Origin: Squalus acanthias
Taxonomy: Eukaryota
DNA: 64,000 nucleotides
Reading direction: 5' to 3'
Assembly: GCA_030390025.1 (NCBI GenBank)
Contig: CM059431.1
Coordinates: 100,876,001-100,940,000, forward strand
Shown: piece by piece, positions 12,196-22,828 of the stretch
Position numbering within the stretch: the stretch's first letter is position 1
How the letters are laid out: the number at the start of each line of letters is the position of its first letter
The notes under the pieces: generated by a model
What the model saw: only the letters and a program-made list of their open reading frames with translations
Told to the model about the DNA's origin: nothing
Databases searched by the model: none
Position numbers and translations under genes: made by a program

Positions 12196-12538
12196 CTAGA
12201 AATTTGCAACCTACAGCAAGAGTTAAGATCCCTTTGTACTTGACTAGTCCTATCAGTTGAAGCACTGAAAATTATATTCTCGAAAACAATTGAGAACAAT
12301 ATTCCTGTATTCACTCAATATAAAATTAAGACTTTTAAAAAACCATCAGTAATATTTAAATACACTTTGGCAAAAATTAATTTAATGACAAGGAAGTTTA
12401 TGAATGTACCACAATTTGAACGATTAATAAAGTTTACATGCGTAAGTGGTAAAATGGATAAAGAAAATCTAAACATCTAAAAAAATATATAATTCACAGG
12501 TAGAACAGGTAGTAAATCTATAAATTGCTACACATAAG

Positions 12539-13125
12539 TGTCAGCCGTGGCTCAGTGGGTCGCACCCTCGCCTCTGAGTCAGAAGATTGTGGGTTCAAGT
12601 CCCACTCCTGAGACTTGAGCACAAAAATCCAGGCTGACACTCCAGTGGTGCTGAGGGAGTGCTGCACTGTCAGAGGTGTCGTCTTTCAGATGAGATGTTA
12701 AACCAGGGCCCTGTCTGCTTTCTCAGGTGGACGTAAAAGATCCCATGGCACTATTTCGAAGAAGAGCAGGGGAGTTTTCCCGGTGTCCTGGCCAATATTT
12801 ATCCCTCAATCAACATCACTAAAACATTAATACGATAGCAAAATACTGCGGATGCTGGAAATCCGAAATAACAACAGAAAACGCTGGAAAAACTCAGCAG
12901 GCCAGGCAACATCCGTGGAGAGAGAAAGAGAGTTAACGTTTCAGGTCTCTCTTTCTCTCTCCACGGATGTTGCCTGGCCTGCTGAGTTTTTCCAGCGTTT
13001 TCTGTTGTTATCACTGAAACATTGCTGTTTGTGGGAGCTTGCTGTGCACAAATGGCTGTAAAGCGCTTTGGGACGTCCTGAGGTTGTGAAAGGCGCTATA
13101 TATATATATATGCAAGTCTTTCTTT
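12539..13125 (+). mobile_element. Deu-domain SINE interrupted by a fold-back insertion
   Basis: Head gtcagccgtggctcagtggg...gggttcaagtccc; tail aaaggcgctata. Confidence 0.85.
12829..13009. mobile_element. Penelope-like fold-back insertion (family B) inside a SINE
   Basis: Perfect 65-bp inverted arms at 12868-12932 and 12947-13011. TSD atcact(a/g)aaacatt at 12815-12828 and 13010-13023. The spacer is the reverse complement of the 3' half of the 62111 hammerhead motif (acctGAAAcgttaa). Confidence 0.75.
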
Positions 13126-13289
13126 TATAATATGTCAGATGCTAAATTAAATCAAAACAGCTACTGAAATCTTTGAGTGCTGATTTTCCATAGATTTACA
13201 TTATCAATGTTTCAACTGAAAAGTAGAACAAAAAATCCTATAGATTGCTGTGAAATAAACAATTAATTCCAGTATGTTTCAAGTTTGAA

Positions 13290-13600
13290 GATGTGCATTT
13301 ATATAGCGCCTTTCACGACCTCAGGATGTCTCAAAGCGCTTTACAGCCAATTCAAGTACTTTTTCTGAAGTGTAGTCACTGTTGTAATGTAGGAAACGTG
13401 GCAGCCAATTTGCGCACAGCAAGCTCCCACAAACAGCAATGTGATAATGACCAGATAATCTGTTTTTAGGGATGTTGGTCGAGGGATATGTGTTGGTCCA
13501 GGACACCGGGGAGAACTCTCCTGCTCCTCTTCGAAATAGTGCCTGTGGGATCTTTAACGTCCACCTGAGGGGGCAGACAGGGCCTCGGTTTAACGTCACC
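13290..13600 (-). mobile_element. Deu-domain SINE, 5'-truncated
   Basis: Core and tail match the other copies. Confidence 0.82.
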
Positions 13601-14682
13601 AAGGAGAGGTTATTTTTTTTTGTCTGGTAGGAAATATGCATTCAATACTAATTCAAATAACCTGGTCACTCTGGAAAAGCTGAAGAAGTTGGGCTGTTAG
13701 CAGCAAATGGATATTCACAAGATAAAGGTGATGCTTAAAGTGCCTTATTTTGTTTAGTGCCGTGCAGTAACACCTGTTCTACATTATTTACAGTACCAAG
13801 TGACAAAGATAGAGTGTTCAGCAGTGCTATTTGCACTTTGAACGCTACATGACTTCCAGCCCCATTGGAGCCACACGTAACTCTAGATCCATATTACAAG
13901 TTTGATTTGTAGAAAAGGATTTTTGGACTGCTCTGGGTTTGTTTTTACTGTAGCCCCAGTGACTGGTAAATGTAAAAGTAAAACACACCAAAAACATTTT
14001 GCTTTGCATGATGTGTTCATTTTATTCAGATGATCGCCTCGAGCCACTGTACAGCTACAAAACATTTCCGGTGTTCATATTTGCAAGCACTGCTGCTGAT
14101 GTACTGAAGTAGTCTTACTTCAAAAACGATGAAATGATAAATCTTTGACAGCAGAAAGTACAATATGGGTCCAGAAAAGCAGACTCCGTGTGAGATGGTC
14201 CAGCACAACTATAGCTGCATAATTAAATAAAACTACATAGCATTGATCTTTCTCTCTATATACTTTCATTATTGTCTTTTTTTTTAATGTGGAAAGGTAA
14301 TTAAACATAGGATAGCAAAACAATTTTAGAACTTTCTCATTTTTAAATTTAACATATAACAAAGGGCCAAAATCAAAAATACATCTCCATTAATACTTAA
14401 CAACAATTATTATTTCTTTAAAAAAAAAATGGAGGGAATATTAAAAGCATATCCTGCCGTCTGTGTGTATGGAGGATGCAGATCGGCTGATGTCTAAGCC
14501 TTGGGACAGGGTCAAATATGTTTTAATTTTTAATTCGTGAAAACCCCTCGCTTTCTGAAGATCTTTCTCAGCAAGGCGAATTTCATTTGGATTCTGTAGT
14601 AACCAAAATTCGACCCTTTGCAACACTTAACCCTTCAGCACAGGATCTCTGCTGCACTGTGTAACAATGGCCGATGGTTATG

Positions 14683-14688
14683 TTTATT
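14683..14688 (-). promoter_or_regulatory. Candidate CLYBL polyadenylation signal (AATAAA)
   Basis: First AATAAA I found on the minus strand after the stop, about 0.5 kb downstream; another lies at 14021-14026. No transcript evidence. Confidence 0.3.
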
Positions 14689-15173
14689 TACCCCACTACA
14701 AGCTGGGCAAACCTCTAGTTAAACAGCCTTGTGCCCCAGCCTGTTAACCAGCTAACACATCTGACCTGCAGCAGTGTTTTTTAATGTGATGCAAAAACCG
14801 ACAGGGGTCCACCCGAGAAGTTCCGCTGCACTGTGCTTCTAATCGTTACATCGGAAAAAATTACCACAGCTCTGCATCTATCAGTGTCCCTAACTATACA
14901 GTATGAAGTTACTGGGGGTTAGTTATGCACAACTGCCGGCACTCAGTAGGGGAGTTTGGTCTAGACAATCTCATATGACTGTACCATCCAAAAAATTGAA
15001 CAAAATGTTAAAAAAAAAATTACAATGGCACGGGTCTTAAGGTATCACATTATTAAACTACAGCAGTGACCTCCGTAACATTTCCCACAAGCAACTGGTC
15101 TCTGTCTCCCGTTTTCTGCTCACCGCTGCATCTGCCAGTGATCGACGGTACGACCCTATCTCCTTTTCAGCTT

Positions 15174-15269
15174 TCACATTTCTTTGACAGCTGTGGCCAG
15201 TGTGATGATGTTCTGTGCCTGCTTCAAAGATGGCATGTCGATCATACTCCCGTGTAAAGTGAAGGCTCC
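15174..15269 (-). CDS. CLYBL: CLYBL last coding exon (probable exon 8), 96 bp including TGA
   Basis: Acceptor gataatgccag. Encodes GAFTLHGSMIDMPSLKQAQNIITLATAVKEM*; the MIDxP Asp codon is at 15237-15239. This frame differs from the one shown in the ORF track. Confidence 0.95.
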   Translation of the reverse strand, partial: GAFTLHGSMIDMPSLKQAQNIITLATAVKEM

Positions 15270-16363
15270 CTGGCATTATCAAAAATAAAATAATATAAAC
15301 TTTTTGCTTCTCAGGACCGCATCACACTGTCACTTTTTAATTCCCGAGACTTCCCTTCCCATCGGGGCATTGCAAAGTCAAGTATTTGAAGAGTGAAAGC
15401 ATTAATGCTACAATGTTATCTTCTACATTCAGAGAACAAGATTAAATATTTTCAAGACAGTTCATGCAAGATGTATTTCAGTAGAAAGATACACGTAAGA
15501 TTAACAGTACGTAATTTTCTCTCCATGTTGGAGTTAGGATAGGATGCCAATTTATTTTGTATTACCTTGGCATAGTAGTCTATTAACCTCATCTAAAATT
15601 ATAAATAGTTTCCTTCAAAGGCTTCACAATTAGTAATTACGTACATTTCCTAATATGCACCTTGTAAGTAAAAAGAACACAAAATAATTTTCGTGGTATT
15701 TTATCACACTTCATTTTGCAAGGACTTCATTTTACAGAATTGTAGTTAATAGTAAAGATTTGCTTCTGTAACTTTTCAAGATTTATGAATAGCTACCCCT
15801 ACAACTGAAGAAACCAAAAAATGACTTTTTTTTTTCATGCCAACAAATTTGATTTGGAACGAAAAATTCTTATAAAGGAAGTCCCCAAGCTTGGGCAACT
15901 GTTGGGATGGATGATGAGGATTATAGGGTGTTAAATAGTTCCTCTGGAAGGGTTCATAGGATGCAAACATAAGGTTCTTCTAAGATAATTAACTGACAAC
16001 GCCGCGATTACCACAAATTCTTCCTCCAGGCTATCCTTAATCTGAGCATCACTGGGACAAAGCAGGAGCAGACTGTGAATCACCGCTGAAATATATATAC
16101 AACAATAACCCACAGAGCAGGGCGCACAATGCGATTCAATGATGCAATAAATTAGGAAAGCAATGCAACATCGCTAATTTCCTTCTATTTGCCACACTAA
16201 TGGGCCTCAGAATGTTTTAATCCCATTTGAAGAATTTAGCTCTCATACAGAGACTTAATAATCTTAACATGCAGTTTCAAAAACAGCAAAACTTCAATTC
16301 GGTCATGAATCGAACTGTTCGAATAATTAAGGAAGGATGTGGCGTGCAAATACGAAAGTTCAC

Positions 16364-16488
16364 CTTTCCCAGTTTTTGATGTTCTCGAAAAGCGTCAATC
16401 AGTTCCCAAGCCCATTTCACTCTCTCAGGACTTGGGGAAAATGCTTCTTGCACAATTGGAATCTGACTGGGGTGAATCACTTGTTTAC
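16364..16488 (-). CDS. CLYBL: CLYBL coding exon (probable exon 7), 125 bp
   Basis: Acceptor tgtgttcag and donor AAG|GTGAAC. Encodes (G)KQVIHPSQIPIVQEAFSPSPERVKWAWELIDAFREHQKLGK, with the GKxxIHPxQ CitE motif. Confidence 0.96.
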
Positions 16489-17399
16489 CTGAACACAGAT
16501 ACCACAAAACAATTTATTATTCTGCACAGTACTCACAAAGATAAGTTTTCAAAAATACACAGCACATTTATTAATTGTGAAATATTGGCTAATATCCTGC
16601 ATGGATCATTAGTCAACCCAGCTGTAGCATTTTGTCACATCAATCATCCTTTGTAAGGGTGACTGTTTATATTTTATATATGCGCACACAGGTATATCTT
16701 TCTTCAATATGTCTACTTTGCTATTAATAAATCTATTGAATAAATAAGTTATTCAGCAGAAGGCTGTCATTTTAATCATAATTAAATCTTCAATTAATAT
16801 TTGCAGAGCTGTGCACTTTATATTTAGTCATTTAAATATTATTTTGTACTTTGGGGTCAAAAATTATCTGTGTAAATATATTTGCAGCAATCATTTCACA
16901 CCTTGTCTATTTGGTGTTAGATAGAAAGTTCTGGCCTTCCGCAGACCACTGATAAACAGAAAAACTTTCTATAAATTAATTGTGGCAATTCGATTTATTT
17001 TTCAATTGTAGGTATATTCTCTAAAATTACTTGTGTCGAGTTCAATGCTTTATATGCAATTCAATGAGCTACATATCTAATGTTTATTAGCTAACTGAAT
17101 ACATTTGGTTGAAATGCATTGTGTACGACATTCACACTACAATTCTATAATACCCATCAGGTAAAGTATGACTGTGTGTGCGTTCCAAAGACAACCTCAT
17201 ATAAGGAGCGATTAACGTGGTTTCAAAATGTGGTATGTCACTGGGCACCATCATAAATGTAATTAAAACATTTTGTATAGCTTCAAGTTAAATTGTAAAC
17301 ATTTAACACTCTAAACTAGAGAGTCCTAGTTGGTATCAATAAGAATACAAAAATGGAAGGTAAGATGTTGATCATATTTCGGAACTATGTAAGCAACAC

Positions 17400-17785
17400 T
17401 ATTAGAATTCCAATAGTTAGTACATATATATATATTAAATTAGTATATATTATTTTATATAGATATATATCTATATAAATAATAGAAACTTTTATTTTAG
17501 TGTTATATATATATATAATTGTTAATATGTATTAATTTTTATATATAATAATTATGCATATAATAGTTAGTATGCTTTATTAGATATAAAATAGTTAGAA
17601 TGCTTTATTATATATAACAGTATGTATTATTTCATATATATAATAGTTAGTATGCTTTGTCATTTTATTTATATATATAATAGTTAGTTTGTGTTTTATA
17701 TATATATATATATATATATAATAATATGGTTTATCATATATATTGCATAGAAAGTGTTAGATGCAGATTATATAATAATATATCC
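17400..17785. repeat. AT-rich low-complexity tract with (TA)n and repeated taatagttag units
   Basis: Seen directly in CLYBL intron 6. Confidence 0.85.
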
Positions 17786-19919
17786 ATTCATGGATTTTTT
17801 CCTGTAAGCCTCCAGATCAGAATCTCAAGTTTGAATGCTAAGCCGTATTAGACACTCAAACTTACCTGACTTTACTGACTGAGATTCTTTCAGCCAGTAG
17901 TGACAATGGCAGCAGAAATCTTCTCTCTCCGGGCACAATAAGAGAAGGAAAACAAAACAAAACTGGCAGGATCAATTATGTCCAGGATCAACAGAGCGCT
18001 TCCGATCTGCTGACCATGGGACAGCGTCGCTGGACGCCCTGGAAATATCTGTGTCTCAGATTATGCTGTCTTTCCAGTCAAAGAGGGCACGCATTGCTGG
18101 AAGTCAGCAGTGGGGGCACGATGAGGCAATTATTTGTGTGTGTGTGTGTGTGTGGAGGGGGGGTGGTGAGAATCATATTTTAAAAATAAAAATAAAATTA
18201 TCTGGATGCCTAATGTACATCTGAATGTAGGTGAAAGGGTATAATCACTGGATTCTCTGCCTGTTAATGACACTATATGCAGTATTCTCTTTCATCGCTC
18301 TCATAATTTTGATCATGCTATGTGAACTTCAAAAATAAGTCAAGTTCTATAGTTAGATTTTGCGCACGGGTCTAATCCCTTAATGAAAATATTTTGAATT
18401 GGATAGCCTCAAATAAATAGTGCGTTAAATATGCAAAATTACTACGTTGTTACTTAAGCCCTCTCCTGCTAGTTTGTATCGCAGATTGCGCTGACTGTCA
18501 CAGAGAATCGTTCTTTAATAAGCATCTGCAAAAAGACACTGTACAAACGGACACATTTGTGCCAATAGGTTAATAATCTTATTTTCCAACTGCATGGCTT
18601 TAGAACATTTCCAATATTTATTTACAAATCTGTCCCATCTGAATGGATAATCCAAATAATGTGTCATTAATAGTAAGCAGGTAAAGGTTCATTTCAGTTC
18701 CTGTAAACTCTCAAAAATATTCTATGCAGCAGCAAGAACATCTGTGAGTTTCTGTCAAAATGAGTATCATTATAAAGTGGAACTACAGGCATGCAAGAAA
18801 CTTAAAATATTTAATTGTGGTACTTTTTAAGTGAACTCCAGAATAATTTACAGAGGGTTAAAGTACTGGTTAAATTGTTTTAAATACCATAATTAATGTT
18901 TTGCTGAAAAACTTCCATTGCACTTTATTCACTGTTATAAATTTATAGTCATAGAATTATAAAAAAATGCATATTGTTAATTATATGCATAGAATTATAT
19001 ATGCATAGTCATAGAATTATTTAAGAAAAGCATATAGTTAATTTAACACAGATTTGCAGGTAGAAAAAAACCCAGCAATCAGCACATCATAACATTTTTA
19101 AAACATGATTCAAATTGCTTTCTCACGGTTTAATTATATGAGCTGCAAAGTTTCCAAAAAAAGAAAATTCAGAATCAAAGACCAAACCGTATTCACAGGA
19201 ATGTTATTCTTCTCTGTAAAGAAAACCTTTGGGTTTTCTTTTAGTGCAGTGAGTTGATTTTTTTTATGTTGCTGATTGACAAAAATTATGCGTGTTAATC
19301 GTGAGCTAAGAGCATGAAAATCAGAAAAGATTGCTAAAGCATGATTATTTATAGCCATGAAAATATGTCATTGTACAACACCATTTGATATGTCCTGTTT
19401 CAGATCAATGTTTGTCAGATTCATGCTAAGAGGACGACATTAACAGCCCTTTTTATTTTTGTGTCCGGGACCAAAAAGCGGTAACAGATATGGTAATTTC
19501 ATATTTATGACTTTCCATTCTGCGTGAGACTAAATTTTCCCTGTTCCAGGCCACCTTTCCAAACTAAGCAGTCTCCCGTACAAGTTAAAAACTAGTTTAA
19601 TTTTAAAGTTTTTGCCGTTGGTACAAAAATGTTAATTTTTATTTTAAAAAAATACTATTATAGTGAATGCATTGTAGGTTTTTAGGGGAGAGTTTAATGT
19701 GCCGCACAAAACTGTTAACATTTTATTGCAAAACATTTCCCTCTTCTGCAAGCAAATAATTTTTTCTGAAAAAAATACATTAAAATCGGGTGCAGTAAAA
19801 CTGGAGCTCATTTAAGCAGCACAGTTTATTTATGATCTAATTCGCATGTGTGCACAATTTGGGACAAGATAGATACAGTTTCTCCATTTTTGATGCGCTA
19901 CATCTTATTTAATAGAGAG

Positions 19920-20185
19920 AAAGAGGAAAACCACAAATGTTGGAAATCTGAAATATTAAAAAAACTCAGAAAATACTGTAAATGTACAGCAGGTTTCACT
20001 GGAACAGACCCGATGAGCCGAATGGCCTTATTTCTGTGATTCTAACATTCTATGATTCTCTGATCAGCATCCGAAAGTGAAAGGTTAACAGTTTGGGTTC
20101 CAAAAGAGGGTCACATCTATCTTCCTCTTTCAGATGTTGATGGGCCTTCTGACTATTTCTGGCACTTTCTGGTTTAGTTTATATT
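19920..20185. mobile_element. Degenerate family-B-like fold-back remnant with a short CR1 tail inside
   Basis: tgttggaaatctgaaata...cagaaaatactg resembles the family B arm, and a weak inverted copy lies near 20120-20180. A CR1-type tail (gaatggcct...ttctatgattct) lies at about 20000-20060. Confidence 0.45.
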
Positions 20186-20820
20186 TTAACTTAATGCTGA
20201 GTTCAGCGTCGGCTGAAACAGTTATTACTTATGGGACACAATTTGCATAATATCTCTGTAACCATTACTGTCACAGAGGTTATTTTACATTTTTTAAGTA
20301 ATAATGAATTAATTAGTTAAATAATAATATTTATTTTAGTTACTTAAAGTATATCAAAAAGGAAAGGAAACACATCAAGGATTAATTGGGGAAACTGAAG
20401 TCCTGTAACACACTTTGCAACATCAGCTGTGTAATTAAGTTGGAGAATGAAATGTTCAAAAACAATTCATTTATTTTGCTTAATTTTTAGTAGAATTTAT
20501 GAATAATCAATTTGATAGCATTTGTAAAAATTTAAGCACCTATGGAAATATGTCTCAGTGTTTATTCCTTATTAAAGAATGATTTCCTGTTAAATAATTA
20601 AAATACGAAGGTCCACATTTAAACATTTTTTAACCACTTCAAACTCCTGGCACATGACGCATTATATATCATCTGTTAACCTCCCTGAATACATCAAAAA
20701 TATAAAAAACATTTTTGATGTCATGTCTAGAGCAACACACAGATGCACATTTTGTTCCTTGCACTATTATGAAAAGATTAAAAAAATTAAATATAGGACA
20801 TGTTCAGCTGGAAGCCATAC

Positions 20821-20988
20821 CAGTGAACCCCATCAAGGCACCCTCTCTCGACTGCCTGCAAAGGCCTATCTCATCCTTGTAGTCAATATAGACAAGGTCT
20901 ATGGCTTGGAGACCAAAAGCCTTTGCTGTAACAACAACCTTCTGCCTCGCATAAACAAGCTCTCGAGCATCTTCAGTTCTTGTGGCAC
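20821..20988 (-). CDS. CLYBL: CLYBL coding exon (probable exon 6), 168 bp
   Basis: Acceptor ctgttccag and donor G|GTATGG; phase 1/1. Encodes (G)ATRTEDARELVYARQKVVVTAKAFGLQAIDLVYIDYKDEIGLCRQSREGALMGFT(G). Confidence 0.96.
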
Positions 20989-21632
20989 CTGGAACAGTTG
21001 AACAAAAGTAGTGAAAGGACAACTGCTCGATTTCCACAAGGGAATTATTTCACGAATCAATTTTGAAATAGTTACATCGCGTAAGCTGTACAGATTTCCT
21101 TTCGCTGGATAGTACAGAAACAGTTCAAGTTTTATTGATGCATGCAAAATGAATTACTATCAAAACCTTAAAAGATGCTTAATATTTTTGCTAAAAGCTA
21201 GGTGAAAATATTTCTCGTGAATGGTAACTAATCCCATACTTTGTTTTTATATTTCTGGCTACTGTTAATAACAGTTAAATAAGTAAATAATTTAAATACC
21301 GAACAATATCTAATATAACTAAAAAGTTCTGTTGGAAACGGAAACTAGAAACATGTAAATATTTAATGAAGTTGTTTTTAAAGTTAGCTATTAACTACAA
21401 TCATGAAAATCAAAATGCAGACAAAGTATATCTAGTGTGGATCGAAGCTTGATTTCAGTGATACAGAAATAAGGCTACTAATTTAATTATTATTTTGTTT
21501 AAAAAGTAAAAGCGCGTAAGACTTCTAAACACATTCTAAAAAGTAAAATGCAAAGAATGAGCGTGACTTTAGTAAAATGTAGGCCACAACTGAAGGAAAG
21601 AGAAATGTTGAGGAAAAGTCCCTTTCTCTCAC

Positions 21633-21726
21633 CTATACTGGCACAGAAATCATCCGATCCGAACACCACTCCATCGAGCTGGAAGCCAGCATGTGCTCCT
21701 AGACGCTGTGCTTCTTCACATCCAGC
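21633..21726 (-). CDS. CLYBL: CLYBL coding exon (probable exon 5), 94 bp
   Basis: Acceptor ttttcttcaag and donor G|GTGAGA. Encodes AGCEEAQRLGAHAGFQLDGVVFGSDDFCASI plus 1 nt; FGxxD metal-binding motif. Confidence 0.95.
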
Positions 21727-22726
21727 CTTGAAGAAAATAACATTTCGCAATACCAATGTCAATGGAATATTCTTTTCATCATGTCATTTACAAACTGGGT
21801 TTCAATCACGCTAACATTATCAGGGGCTATAACACATGTAATAGCCATATAAGCAATGTTCAACCAGAATGAAGGGCACGTTAAGGCTTTTTCCTTCTTG
21901 GTGTGTTAAGTAAATGTGAAAATTCTACTTTGTAATATTTTTGGATCGCTAGCAAAAAGGAAAATTATGTTAATTAAAAAAAATAGCAGTAGCTTTTTCC
22001 TGGCAAATTCCTTTATGAAAGACAAAATACAGACAAGTATAACCCTCCACAATTCAGTTACTGTGTGTTTATCCACTTTTCTTGTGGTATTCTGGTTTGC
22101 GAACTTCAAGAAGTGTTTGATTACACTTTTTTTGGAAATCACATATTTGTGGTGCAGCAACACAATAACCTTATTGTAACCTTAAAAAAACTAGCATTAA
22201 AAAAAAATACTTTAAACATTTGCATACATATTTTTGGATTTATGTCCAGAATCAGCGTGCCTTTCATCACCACTGTTTAAGTATAAACTCTTTAGGGTGT
22301 CAGAAGCCTGTGTGTTCTTTATAAGAACATCTCATTAATTTCACACATTCTTATTGTTAATGTTTTTCAAAATAAAACAAGTCTTTTGGTCATAAAGTTA
22401 CTTATAAAATAGTATTTATGACTAAATGTTACCCGGACAATTTTAAAACTTACATACTGTACGTGCCCAACATTTTCACTGAAATGTGAATGCTTTGTTG
22501 GCAATAAAAATAAATATTTATTTGAATTTTTGTTGCCTGGACTGAGTTTCTATGAAAGGGCATATGATTAACTGTATTTAAATACTGTGATGCCTCAGTT
22601 TTTATGCTATGAAACAAAGGTAAAAGAAACTTTACATATTCAAAAAGACTGACTGTGCTTTTTTTTGCCTCACTCTTTTCATCCGTGATTAAAACAAATG
22701 ATTTTGTTTGAATACATTTTTACTAC

Positions 22727-22828
22727 CTTGAAATTCAGCAATCCTACTGCCGTCTCCACGAAAGTGATTAAATTAATAGGCTCCTTTAATGTCCGACCCT
22801 TTGAGTATTTTGCAAATCTGTCTGCAAA
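22727..22828 (-). CDS. CLYBL: CLYBL coding exon (probable exon 4), 102 bp
   Basis: Not in the ORF track; read by hand. Acceptor ttccatttctag and donor AAG|GTAGTA. Encodes FADRFAKYSKGRTLKEPINLITFVETAVGLLNFK, including the ET motif with the metal-ligand Glu. Confidence 0.95.

Noticed and set aside
12539..12612. tRNA gene (also at the other SINE heads)
   Set aside because: The A/B boxes continue directly into the SINE body; these are tRNA-derived heads.
15156..15176. Readthrough or selenocysteine at the CLYBL TGA
   Set aside because: The stop is at the expected C-terminus, there is no TGA-CTAG context, a TAG follows six codons later, and I recognised no SECIS.
18005..18030. REST/NRSE-like site (GGACAGCG)
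   Set aside because: Only the right half-site matches; the left half is inverted and the spacing is non-canonical.
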